From Tricharina praecox (lineage: Eukaryota): a DNA stretch of 64,000 bases. Below the pieces are notes generated by a model. That model saw only the letters and a list, made by a program, of their open reading frames with translations. It did not search any database and was not told where the DNA came from. The stretch covers positions 868,001-932,000 of the forward strand of contig NW_026250404.1 of assembly GCF_024521635.1 (NCBI RefSeq), read 5' to 3'. Made by a program: the position numbers and the translations under genes. Shown here piece by piece: positions 12,185 to 24,737 of the stretch (the stretch's first letter is position 1; each line of letters starts with the position of its first letter).

Positions 12185-13930
12185 CTACACACTGTTTTCG
12201 GCCTTGATTCTCCTTCTGAGCTTGACCATAAATCCGGACTGCCTCACAAACCAATGGTTAGACAGCTTCCACTCGCTCTTGGGATCCGCCAGAGTAATCT
12301 ACCTCATTCGTCAGCAACGCCGCCGCCGCCGTCTTCTCACGCCGAGCAGAACATACCTCGTAGTCCCTCAGGATCTGCGGCACAAATTTATACATCTCAA
12401 GCCTAGAGATGTTCTTTCCAATGCAGGTCCTGGCGCCCGCTCCAAACGCGAGAATCCTGCCATCCATCCTCTTCTTCGATTCCTCGTCCGCCTCAATCCA
12501 CCTCTCAGGTCTCCACACTTCGGCATCAGCGCCAAACACACTCTTATCCCTGTGCACCACCCACGCCGACATCCCCACCACCGTCCCGGCCTCAAACCTC
12601 CTCCCGCAGATCTCGCGTCCTCCCGCGGGGACAACGCGCTCCAGCATCATGCCCACCGCCGGGTGCAACCGCATCGCCTCGCGGACCACGGCGTCCAGGA
12701 ACGGCAGCTGCTGACTCTGGTTCCAGCTGACTATTTCGCCCTCCGTGAGCACTCCTTGGGCCTCGGCCGCGGCAATCTCCGCGAGAAGCTTCTGCAGCGA
12801 CGCCGGATTCTTGAGCAAGAAGTAGAATATGGTGCGGAGCGCGATCGCGGTCGTGTCCGATCCCGCATTCAGATTTGACACCGTCCATGACACGATGTGG
12901 CTCCGCGGGATCTTGTCGGGTGCTTTCTGGTGCGCCTGCACAAATTTTGTTAGGAAGTCCGGTCGCGGCTTGTCTGCCGAGGAGGAGGAGGCGAGGTGCG
13001 ATTCCAAATGCTTCAGGGAAAAGCGCGCGACGTAGCTCGTTGTCGACGCGAAATGCGCCATCAATGGGTTCTTGCGCAGGAGGACATCTAGCCAGGGGAG
13101 TTGTCCTGCCGAAGGGAATGTCAGCGTGGACTCTAAATATGATATTCTGGGAGATGTCGGTGCGCCTCACCGACTAATGCCGCATACTCGAGATGCCGCT
13201 CGATCCCCGCCATGACGCCCTCGACATCCGTCCCCGTATCCAAGAAGCCAAGGCGGTTCCCAAACGTCAGCTCGCCGATGACGTCGAACGCGAAGAACTG
13301 CAGCCACATGCCCCAATCGCACACGGCATCGTTGGTAAACAGCTCGTTCATGCGCTTCTCAAAGCAGCGGATCGTGGAGTCCACCAGCGGCTCGTACCCC
13401 GTCAGCGTCGACTGCGAGTACATCCCCGCCACTGGCCGCCGCAACGATGTGTGCAAAGCCTCGGATGTCGTGTTGAACATCCCCTCGATCGATTGGCCGT
13501 TCGACATCGTTTGCTGCACGGGATAGAACTCGGACTAGCACACACACCTCATCAACCTCCCGCCCTCCCCCCTCCCACCAGCAACATCAGGAATCACCCC
13601 AATTACCTTAATATACCCCCTGCCGACACCATACACCTCTGCAATCCCCTCCGGATCGCTAATACTCACTAAATTCGGGCCGTAGCGAACAAACGTTCCA
13701 TGCTTCTCATGCAGCTCGATCAGCGTGCGAATGCTCTGCTGCGACCACTGGTCGCAGAACCGGTACAGGTTCGAGACGCTGGCGAGCCAGGGGCCGGGAA
13801 TGCCGCGGGTGGAGGCACGGCCGTAGCGGGTGTAGAGAAGGTAGCCGCCGAGAACGGCGAGCAAAGTGGCGAGCTTGTGTGGGAAGTCGATAGCTGCTGA
13901 CAGCAGCGCGGGGATGTGGGAGGTGATCAT
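12185..13930 (-). CDS. Cytochrome P450 monooxygenase (pisatin demethylase-like group)
   Basis: Four exons (13930-13607, 13534-~13171, ~13105-12357, ~12298-12185); N-terminal anchor plus IPGP, AFDVIGELTFG, I-helix AGSDTT, ExxR (EAMR), PERW, heme motif FGAGARTCIG. Confidence 0.93.
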
Positions 13931-15107
13931 TGAAGCGGAAATGGGAATGGGAATGGGAATGCTTCAGCCCGGGAATGGCGGGCGTAACTAAAGCTCCCTC
14001 TGTAGAGCTCGAGCTCCATCTTCTTATATCCCCCCCGTCGTCTTGTGATACATACGTGACATAATCCGGATATGGCGGCCATGCAGTCCACTTACTCCAC
14101 CATCCCAGCACCCCAACTTATATGTACTCTACATATTGTACTCCACATATGTAGGGACGGGAATACGGGGGATCGGTTAAACGGGCCCAGCCCACGTGGA
14201 TCCCCCGCCATTGCCGAGCACAGGGTTATTCATAATCGTTGTAAAGCATGGAGCCGTGGTTGGCAGATATACACAGGGTACACAGGGTATGTAGAGTAGA
14301 GCGGAGTGCTACAGCTCTAGAGTACAGGCGCTGCCGAGTGCCGACGACGGGTACGGGTACGGGCAACTGCTGGATGGAATAATTGTCCCGGATGGACAGA
14401 CAGACAGACAGGTGTCGCGCGAGTGAAGGTCCTTAGTTTTGGTTTATTTAATCGCGATTGATCGCTCACGACCTAGGTACCATAGTTCTCTAGTTCATGG
14501 CAATATACATATGTATGCATACACTCCGTTTCCATATCCACAGTCCAACCCAACTCGTCTACGAAGAGGTCTCGGATCTTGAAGTGAGAGGATCGCCAAC
14601 TGGCTGGCTCTTCCACTTTGGCCTCCGTGATACCGCCACGCTTTGGGTATGTACATAGGCAAGCGAGGGTTGGGGGGAGGGGGGGGGGGGGGGGGGTGGC
14701 ACTTAGCGGCCTGGTTCCGTATTGGGCCGGCGCGAGTGAAGGGACGACCGATGATCTGTCGGGGGCAACTCTAGTTCGAGTGATAGGTATGCTACGCAAA
14801 AGGCCGAGATTTGGTACATATGACCCATCTCATCTGATGGCGGCGGCTTTCCGGTGGACTATTGGACACGCTAATCCGAGAAAGGCATAATTCAAGCCTG
14901 CTTGTTCGTGAATAATGGGTATCAAAGGCAGGATCTACCAGCGACTGTGAAGAGATGCAACCGAAAGGCTAGCTATCAAAAGTAATTATATAAGAACAAG
15001 AAACCAAGTATGTACAAAAGCGGTCTGCCTAATTACCAGAACAAGTTTAGTCTGTGGGCAGGACTCGCCGTGGTGTTACTCCCTACAGGCTACCACTGTC
15101 TGTCTGT

Positions 15108-16942
15108 CTAACCAACGACTTTTTCACCGGCACCTCCTCCGACAGCGGCGGCGGGGGCTGCAGCGACCGGCTCTTCCTCCATCTTCTCTGGCTCCGGGGA
15201 TTGCACGATTGCCTCCGCCGTTCCCTTCGAAGATGGTGATGCTGCATCGGTCTCCGCCGCCTCCTCCGCCTCCTCCGCCTCCTCTTGCCCGGACTTGGCC
15301 CGTAATACTGTGTTTTCCTTCGACTCGGCCTCATCCACCCATTCTTCGCCTTCTTCCCCCTCCTCTATCCACTCCAGCTCCTCTTCCTCTTCCTCCTCCT
15401 CGTCAGATTGTCCCTCCAGCCGCGGTTTCCGTGCAACCATGACATGCCTGGTGGTGATTGTCAGAACCGCAAAGCACGAACATGCCCAGCGGAGGAACTT
15501 ACATGTCGAAGTAACCGTGCACAGATTTGCTCTTGACCTCGTTCTCACAGTCCTGAAAGAGCTGCTTCGCATCGGCCGGGCTCATGCCCAAAAACCGTGT
15601 GAGCAAGCCCAGTCCATACGCCTCAAAGCCAGTTTGTATCCTGCCCATAGTTAGTCACACCGATTCCTTCCGCAGTCCCGCCTAGGCAGGCAGGGAGACA
15701 GGACAAGACAACTTACATCAACGTCATCCAATGGCCGAGCTCTTTCATTTTCTTATCGACCGGCCAAGTTCCCAGTGGCAACTTGACGACGTCGTCGCTG
15801 AGATCGACGAAGCCGGCATCTGTGAGGAATTCCAGCGGGTCGCCGGCCATTGTGAGCGGGCGTCCGGCCATTTTGGACGCTTTGTTGGCTAGATCGTAGA
15901 ATCTCCAGAGCTTGGTCTTGTTGTGGTAGGAGTCGTCGTCGGATGCTATGTTGAATGTCGGGCATTCGAAGATTTCGATGTAGCCGCCGGGCTTCAGGGC
16001 TCTAGGACCACCAGCTGCGTTAGTTACTTCCTCGTGTCAGGGTAGGGTATGGAAGGTTTGGGAAGTGATCGATGCATATTCTCGACGAGTCCTGCGGACT
16101 CTCATCCCCTGTGAGAACGAAACAGAGTGCCAATGTCTTCCTTTGGCTGTAGCTCGGAACGGACTGGAATCAAACACTTACGTGAACACCTGCTCGATCA
16201 GTCTGGGCCAGTCCTCGGTCGACCCCAGCATTCCGCGGATATGGACGAAGTCAAACTCGCCATCAAACGTCCAGTCCGACTCGGCATCGTCCACAAAGAA
16301 CTGCACGTTCGGCGGCACCCAGCCGGGCTGAATCGGCGACAGATCCGTGCCGATGATGGAGGCTTCCGGATACAATCTGTGCACGCACGCAAAAACTGCA
16401 ATCAGCCCGGGACCGAACCGAGAATCAACTTGCGTGGTATGTTCTGTTCGATGTTCTTTGACACACCACCGGGCGGGAAGAGTGAGAGCGAGAGAGAATG
16501 GGGGCAGACTCACTCCGCCATGTCTATTGCCCAGATCCCCGTTCCCGTGCCCACATCGAGGATGTGTCGCGGCTTCCTCAGCGGCGCCAGATGGAGTTTC
16601 CCGCCAAGCATCAGCGAGTAGATGTGATGCATCATATCCAATCGATCCTGCTCGGCCTCGTCGTTGGGCAGCGCATACTGCCCCGCCCGGAAGCCATGGT
16701 ATCTGCGCCCATTCTCGTACTCGTACTCAAACGCCGCCGACCCGATCGACGTCGTCTCGGAATCCAGACTGCTGCTCCCGCCGCTGTGGCTCCACGCATC
16801 GCAGTCGTCCACCTCGCTGTTGCTGTCCACTTCCAGCTGCGGCTGAGCCGCAGCCGATCGCTGCAGAGGCTGCCGCCGCAACGGCGCTGAGGACTCGCGA
16901 CCACTGCTGCTGCAATAGTCGCCTTCGTCGGCTGAGCCGTCT

Positions 16943-16976
<34 letters not shown>

Positions 16977-17106
16977 TCTCGGCCTCGGCCCCGTTCTCCT
17001 CCCCCTCCCCGTTCTCGTGCCCGTCCTCTTCATCCTCATAGTTGGAATCCACCTCCATCAACGCATCTTCCGTGTGTTCTGTTATGCGTTCGGCGGAGTC
17101 GGGCAT
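15108..17106 (-). CDS. LaeA-like (Methyltransf_23-type) SAM-dependent methyltransferase
   Basis: Five exons; YEYENGRRYH, Y-x-LPNDEAEQDRLD, ILDVGTGTGIWA, IGTDLSPIQP..VPPNVQFFVDD, LKPGGYIE, KLPLGTWP; acidic N- and C-terminal tails. Confidence 0.92.
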
Positions 17107-17276
17107 GTCGGCGATTGGGCGAATCGATGGTTGTCGAGGGGACTACTCGTAACAGTTATAGATAGTAGATGGATGACTCGATTCTGGGTGAGGGTTGGGT
17201 GGGTTGATAGCGGAGAGGAGGGGTTGTCGAAGCGGGCGGGACCAGGCTGGTTCGATGGCGGGACATAAGTACTCTA

Positions 17277-17281
<5 letters not shown>

Positions 17282-17315
<34 letters not shown>
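17282..17315. repeat. (CT)n microsatellite upstream of the methyltransferase gene
   Basis: Perfect CT dinucleotide run. Confidence 0.9.
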
Positions 17316-17318
<3 letters not shown>

Positions 17319-18667
17319 GGGGGCCGCCCCCATGAGGAGGCGGGGTGCTGAGGACCTGCATGCGCGATGCACGATGGCATTTGCGATTGGCCAGGGGCTG
17401 GGGGACGCGACCCACGAGGTGGAGTCTCGGTGTTACCGTGTTGAAATAAATGTAGCCCCTAGTACGCACGGACCGTGACGCTGTCCCATCCCTCCATCCA
17501 TCCATCTGCTCTCGAGTATAGTATCATCATGGTATACATAGCATCATAATATAGCAGGTATCATAATAGTATCCTAATAGTATACCCAGTAAACATACCC
17601 AGCATACCATACTCTACATAACCCAGTACATGTGCGCTCCATCTAACCTGAGATCATGGCTTACTCCGCACACTTGTCCCGGCCCTGCCCTTCCCAGCAC
17701 GGACCTGCCTTGCCAAAGCTTGCAAAGCTTGCGTCGTCTCCCTACCCGCATCCACGCCCACGGGTACTATGCGCTTCCCGCAATTAGAGCATGCCGTTAC
17801 TGGGTTAGTCAGCTGTGTCCGGCTCGCTGGAAACGGGGCCACCCCACGCTGAGATTACACAGAACCATGCCTACGGTCCTACCTGCCGCTCAGCACATGG
17901 CGAGAAATCACATCGTGCCGCACGGGAGCACGCACACACGCCCCGCACGCATCCAGTGGAGGCGGGCGGGTTCCCCGTACTGCATCGCATCGTACCGCAT
18001 CGTACCCTACCCCACGGTACCGTAGTTACCGTGCCGCACATGGCCAGGACCCAGACGCCGCACTGCCGCAGCCAGCTAAGCAAGCAAGCAAAGAACGTCC
18101 ATGGCGGTGGAAACGAATCAGACCCCCTTCATATCCCAAACCCGACACTCCGGTCGAGGTGGGTAGAGTAGTTACCCACGACCACGAGGAGCGGAAAGTA
18201 AAGAACTCTACTCTACTCTGGGTAGCCACTAACGGGAGCACTTCCACTTGTCATGTCCCGGCCACGGAGGGACCGGTAACGGGAACGGGAACGTGAGCCC
18301 TCCCTTGAACCGCCAACCTTGCCATCGCGTGCCGCGTGTGCGGAGGGAGTACTCGAAAGTCGAAACCCCCCACTATATTCCAGTCCCTTCGCATCCTCCT
18401 CCTGGGTCCCGGGTCTTCATGTCCCCACCAGGTCTCCTCTCGCACACACGCACGCACAGGCCCACTCACTCGTCCATTCCACATTCCATTCAACCCGAAC
18501 CCCACGTGAACCCCAGCAAACATGCAAACCGCCTTCCTGGGCCGATATGTAAAACCGGAGCACCTCCGATCCCGGCTCACCGCACCTCACTCTTCCCCGC
18601 CTAACTCATCCCCCCACACAGACACGACCTTTACTACTACTACTACACACAGAGTACTCTACCAACA

Positions 18668-18967
18668 ATGTCCACACCCGCCGGAATCGAAACACTCCAG
18701 CGGATTCTCGCCGCGCTGCAAGAGCTGCGCACCGCCGTAGCCGCGGGACTGAACCCTGAGGTTGCAGCGCGGCTCGATAGTGTCGTCGCCAGCAGGGCCG
18801 ATGAAATTTTGCGGTTGGGGGTGAGGGAGGCGAAGAGGGTGCAGATGCAGATGTTTTCGCAGAAGAAGATGGGGGAGGGGGGAGGGGGGTACATGGGGCA
18901 GGTAGCTGGAAGAGGGGAGGACAGAGAAAGCTAACGACGACCGGGTACTTGGAAGTCTGGGAACTGA
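18668..18967 (+). CDS. Small hypothetical helical protein (~80-88 aa)
   Basis: CAACAATG start context after a C/A-rich leader; amphipathic LQRILAALQELRTAV..VAARLDSVVASRADEILRL; stop at 18934 if unspliced, or 18967 if the GTAGCT..GCTAAC..AAG intron (~18902-18955) is removed. Confidence 0.45.
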
Positions 18968-18985
18968 ATGATGAATCATACGATA

Positions 18986-19024
18986 TTTGGAGTTTGGGGT
19001 TTGGGGTTTGGGGTTTGGGGTTTG
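18986..19024 (+). repeat. (TTTGGGG)n tandem repeat, G-quadruplex-capable
   Basis: tttggag followed by four tttgggg units and tttg. Confidence 0.85.
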
Positions 19025-20608
19025 AAACCGAACGGCTACCACATCGCAGGCCACATCGCAGCGCAGCGTAACTTAGCCATGGCCTAACGTGTAGAGTAGA
19101 GTGAGAGTATGTACCTACCGATGTAACGTGCCCGCTGCCCAGTGGCAGCAGCATCGGCCTCTTCTCAGGAAGCATTTCGATCGGAAAGCTGTACATATAT
19201 GCCATAGGGCCGCAGACATCCGACCCTATCCGCGCCGCTGCTGGCTGGAGAATTGCTGCTACTTGCTGCTACTCTAGCAAGCCCCGTCCGGAAGGGGCGG
19301 TACTATCGCAGTAACTATGGGGGCACTGTCGGCCCAGGAGTCCAGGACTGAGTGAAGTGGAGTAGGGTAGAGTAGAGCACCCAGAGCAGAGCACGACAGG
19401 CACGGGCACGGAAGACGCAGAAGGTGCGGTCAATCTCCGATGATGCTACAGTGCTACAGTGCTACGTTGCTACAAATCACGGAGCGAGTTTGAACGCTTG
19501 AACGCTGCGCGCGGGCGGCAAGCCCGGCGTGGACTCTGTGGGCACTGTGCAAGCTGATCTTGTGATGTGAAAACGAGCTAGGTAACTGAGGTAGAGGCTG
19601 CGCATGTATCCAGTAATAGGGTGAGTGAGTGAAGGGCACTTCTGGCCAGCAGCCAGCTCCGGCTCGCCCCGTCGTCGTTGGTGCATAAAGGACGGTCCCG
19701 GTGAAACTGTTAACTGGGCACCCCCGCGGCCTTGTGTTCGTTGCTATCCCACCACGCCGGCGCCGGCGTACTCTACTTTGCTTTGCTTTGCGTTGCATCT
19801 AACCGAGCAAGGCCAAGGGAAATCCCGTGAAACGGAAGCCCCGTACTCTAGAATAGACTCTCAGAGTTCCCTTACCGGATCGAGAAGCTCTGGCGACAGT
19901 AAAATCTTACTTACGTTCGTGTACGGTGTAGCACCTCAGCCTGGCTTCGTATCCGTAGCATCTAGTTGAACTGTTCTGAAGCACCTATGTAGTATGTAGG
20001 TAGAGTAGGAGGTAGGTGGCCTGTTGATAGCGGCGAGCGGTGATAGACCGGTATGCAACCAAACCAGGTGGCCGAATAGGTAGCGCCTGTGGTTACAATT
20101 CTTCCGTCGCTCAATAGCTCGGTCTCGCGAACCTCCCTTCTCCCCAGGGCCCACACACATACACGGTGACCCCAGAAGAAATACATATCTGCGTATCATA
20201 TGTACAGCAGAGGATTAGAGTTGCGGGGGGTTCCCCATCCTCGGACTGTACTCTACATACTCTTCCCCCGCAGTACTCTACCTAGCCCAATCCGCACCAA
20301 AAGCTAGGACTTGCCACGTTGAGACCTGCTACCTTGGGCACTCCTACGTATGCCTTCGTATAGGTAGTGGTAGTGGTTTGGACGAACGAAAGTCGCAAGA
20401 ATGCGGTGTAAGTTGTACTGGTACCATGGCCGTGGAATCTTCAAGGAAGCCGTGGGTTGTAAAATAGATGCACACTCTTGTCACGACTCACGACCCACGA
20501 CCCACGACCCACGAGTCACGAGGCTTAGGCAATGGAAGCCCGGCGTCCTCTAGAGTATCTAGTTCGATGGGTCTAAGGTCTAAGGTAGTAGTTAAGCACC
20601 AATACCAC

Positions 20609-20867
20609 TGTGGCGGAGCAAGAGGAGGAGGAGCTGTCGATGAGAGGAGGATCTGTCCGGTGTCGGTGAGAGGAGGAAGTGAAGGAGGAGGAGGAGCTGT
20701 CGGCGGGAGAGACCGAACATGGTTAGTAGTGGACATCAACGTTGGCGGGGATCAACATTGGCGGCCATGGCGGGGTCGTCTTCGTCTGCGTCTTCTCTCT
20801 CTCTCTCTTCATCATCTATAGAATAGGTAGACGATCAACCACCATATCTCCTCTTTCTTCCATGTGT
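20609..20867. repeat. Dispersed decayed repeat, copy 1 (copy 2 at 49654-49865)
   Basis: Shared blocks tgtggcggagcRagagg, gaggaggagctgtc, tggttagtagtggRcatcaacgttggcggg, tcatcatctat-gaatag, ctctttcttc-atgtgt in the same order and orientation. Confidence 0.85.
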
Positions 20868-23344
20868 CGAATTCAGCTATGCCCCACACTTTCCGAAGGG
20901 AACTCTGCCGGCCTTCCGGCCCCAACACGACGGGGGATGCAACCAGTCTCGTAGCAAGCCTTGCTGATCCGATTAACTTCTCCTCCTCCTCCGAGTTGGC
21001 CGACTGACCGACTGATCGACAGGTTGACAGACCGACTGCCCGACTGCCCGATGTTCGACTTATGTATCGATGTAGAAGCTGGACGCGAGTACATACGGTG
21101 GCAGAACAGCACGGCATCCACCCACCATCCACCATCCGCGCTGAGTCCACTGCTAGCATAACTATCGGGAATGATATGTCATCACATGTATGTACATAGG
21201 TCCGCACCACCAAAACGGCAACACGCAAATCAAGGTCCGGAGAGCTGCGGCATCCGACTTCACGAGCGTTCCGTTCCGTCAACCACCGTTAGTTAGCCCA
21301 TCATTAGCCATCATTAGCCCATCATTAGCCACCGTCAAGCTGCAGAGCCAGGAGCGAGGAGCGAGCTATGTTAGTTAGCTAGCGCATCCGCAAGCAAGCC
21401 AAAATGCTGGTCTGATCTGGTCTGGTCTGTTCCCCATCCCGAGCTTCCGTCCGCTGGTTGGAATTTGGAAAAGCTTCCTAGCATCACAGACAGCGCGGTG
21501 GATGCGGAAGCGGGAAGCCACGAAGTACGTACTACCTATGCTATAGCGTGATAACTTCGGAACCCCTTCCGAAGAATGAGACCAGAGTACCTAGTGGCCT
21601 TCGCCCGACGCCCGTCGGCTGCGGCCTGCAGTCGGTTATGTACATACGCTAAGGAATCGCAATTCAACTCGCTCGCTCGCTAACGCGGATGAGGGGCTTT
21701 ACCGACGATTGTGTCTATGCATTGGACACACCGCGAGGTGGAGACCCCGAATAACGTGCCTATGTACGTGTTTACCGGCTTGCTACCTAGTTCGGCTACA
21801 GGGTGGAGGTGCTAGCTAACTATGTGGAGGCAGAGGGATGAGGGATGAGTGCACAGGTTCCATTGTGAATCATGATAGTTGTCAGTTTCAACATCGGTCA
21901 CTCGGACAGCGGGTGATATTCTATGCCCCTGACATTCGATTATTCGCTACGACAGCGCGTCCATACATAGACTCGGACGCTACATAGGCCTAGTTAAAAC
22001 TTAACTATCCTCTCTCGTCACCCTTGCACAATCCCCGATCCCGACTCCCGAGCGATTCAATGCTACTAATAGCACTAGTTATCTGCTTAGTTAGGGGGCC
22101 TCCTATCATAGCAACCTAACGATAGTTACGCACCTACAAGAAGAGGCCACCTGTGCAGATTTCAGGAAACCGCAACTATGGATTCTTCGCAATCAAACCA
22201 TCTGTGGATACTCGGATACTCCCTGGCGGCGGCCATTCCTAACCTGAATCTTTCCCCGCAGCCTGTGCTTCGACTACGCAGAGAGAGCTAGGGCGACGCT
22301 TCGTTTGGAGACTCGCTTGCCAAGGCCGCGACGTCAAGGGCGCTGTCGCAAGAGCTTGGGGCCGGTGCCGGGGTGTCGGTAGTGGCCCGTAGATACCTAT
22401 GCGGGCTGCTGCGACCTTCCTACATCATACCTACGAGCCTACTGGTAACTCCATATCTATGACCTATACGAGCTCGCGAGATTCCTGTGATTAATATAGC
22501 CAGATTACTCCATACATACCTACCTGGAAGTGGAGCGAAAACGACCGCGTCGGATTCAACAAGGGCTGACGAGACGTTTGTAATAGGTATCTTAGGTACA
22601 TAGTCGGCTCCGGACTGACAGAATTTGCAATCGCGTGGGGCAAGCAATGGAAATTCCACAGTTGCGGTAGGTAGGCAGGTCTCCCGGAGATATTGGCTCT
22701 TTTCAGATAAAGCTGCGGAGAGGATCTATCGACCGCCCCCGGCCGGCGGCGCCCCCCATCCCCGGGCCCGGAAAGTGAGAGCTACCCAGTAAATGTCTAA
22801 CTTTTCGCGGAGGGCGGAATATATATAACTGACTCAGATTCAGGACCCAGAACGGCGGACCGGGCCCAAGTTGTCACCGTTCTGCCATACATAGGTACAC
22901 GATCCCATAGCCACGGAGACTGGGTTAGTACCGCTCTATCTAGTTACTATAAAGCGACTTTCTTGACGAACTGAAGATTTTCCACGTGATCCTAGAGAAA
23001 TCCTACGCTAATACTATTTACATGTTTAAGCATATATGGGCCATGGCAGCTTTGTCATAAACCGAAATCCGAGCTCCAGTTGCGAATCCGAATCACGGAT
23101 TCGTGTAATTCAGGCCGACGATGATGCAAGTCGTCAGCCACCGGCGCAGTCACACAGGTCTCTGGATGCAATACCGACGCCACATATACCCCTCGCATAC
23201 GAGTTGAACATCACCTGCACCGGTTGCACAGATGATGGAGAACACGACCTCATACATAGCCATCCTTCTCCTACGCGAGTTCCTTAATCCTCACCTCCTC
23301 ACCCCCTTCCCCACTCCACTCCCCACCCACCGCCGCCGAAAGTC

Positions 23345-24737
23345 ATGACACAGTCGATTACACCGTGAGTATATCATTTCTCGCATGTCAGCGTGCGCGC
23401 TGCTTGGGACTGCCCGGATCGGATGGCTCTGCCTCGTGGGGGCCTTACCCTTGCGGTGGATCTCCCCCCTCCCCCCTCCCCACGTCTCGATATTTGCTCG
23501 GAACGTGGCAGCGCCGTGGCAGGGTTGCTTCTTCATATACGAACAAACGCTCGGGCCTTCTTCCATCTACCTACCACTCTATTAGATACCCTGGCGGTAA
23601 ATTGTGTCGCGCGCTCGGTACCGAGCGTCTGTCTCGCTTGGCTGATGGCTGATGGCTGATGGCTGATGGCTGATGGCTGATGATAATGGTGGTTATCTCA
23701 GAGCAAACACGGCGGACCGACTTGGAAGTCTTGCGCCGGAACTGCTGAAGGGGATACTGGACGAGCTCTCGATCCTGAACCTGTGCACTCTATCCCGCAC
23801 CAGCCGCGGCTTCCGTCGCTACGTGAGCCCGCTAATCGACCACCAAGTCTCTCAGCTGGACGCGGACACTGTGGGTCCCATAATCGACCTACTCATTGCC
23901 ACACCCGGGTCTACGGCATCGGATGCGCCGATCGCCGACGTCCAAAAAATCTGCCTTAACCCCACGCTGCGGCGTAAAATGCTCGGGTACCAGGAAGCGC
24001 GCGCGCGCTCGGTGGACACCAAACACGTCGGCTCCCACAAGTTCTACGGGTTCCTACGGACGCTCGTCGAGCGCTCCGACTTTGCCGCGCTATTCGCGGC
24101 CGCAGCGGGGAACACGCGCGCGCTGCAGCTGCTCGCGGACACGCACTGGGCACCCTACCACGGCGTGCTGTACTACGCCGCGCGCTGGGAGCTGGGCTAC
24201 TGCAATCCGTTCGTGCCGCCGCCGGAGGCGCCGAAGGAGGAAGTCGACTACGACAGCTACTGGAACCGGCGGGCGCCGCGCGGCGAACCGCGCTCGCCCG
24301 GCGTCGTCGACGTCGTGCTCCAGATGAAGCTCCCAGAGCGCTTCCGACGTGCGCTGCTCCACGAGCAGGCGCCCTGCTTCCTGCCAAGGCAGGCTTACGG
24401 CAGAGGCACTTACCGCCCCTGGCCTCTCAGCGGGAGTAATCTGATCCTCCGCATCTGCTCCGCCGAGCCGTCCGATAGCGCGGCCGCCGCGAGGATCATA
24501 GGGAAGATGCTCGCGCTGCTCGAAGACGCCCCGAGGGACGACTGGTGCGAGTGTCTGCACCAGTGCTTTAGCTACTGCGAAGTCCCGCGCTGGGGCGAGG
24601 GTAGGGAGCCGAAGATCCTGCTGGCTTGGTGGAAGTGTTTGGCGCCGCGTGGGGGGACGGAGGAAGGTTTTGAGGGTGACGGTTGGTACCCGCTTACGAG
24701 ACGACTGTGCTGGAGAGGACTCGGAAATCATTTCTGA
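23345..24737 (+). CDS. F-box domain protein
   Basis: Proposed exon 23345-23364, intron 23365-23701 (GTGAGT..CAG), exon 23702-24737; F-box-like LGSLAPELLKGILDELSILNLCTLSRTSRGFRRYV; strong GC3 coding bias. Confidence 0.7.
23638..23682 (+). repeat. (GGCTGAT)n heptamer tandem repeat in proposed F-box intron
   Basis: About six perfect copies of tggctga. Confidence 0.9.

Noticed and set aside
12185..17106. Secondary-metabolite gene cluster call
   Set aside because: No backbone synthase, transporter or cluster transcription factor in the window
18986..19024. Possible telomere or interstitial telomeric repeat
   Set aside because: Unit TTTGGGG differs from the usual filamentous-ascomycete TTAGGG; only four copies, internal; kept as a simple repeat
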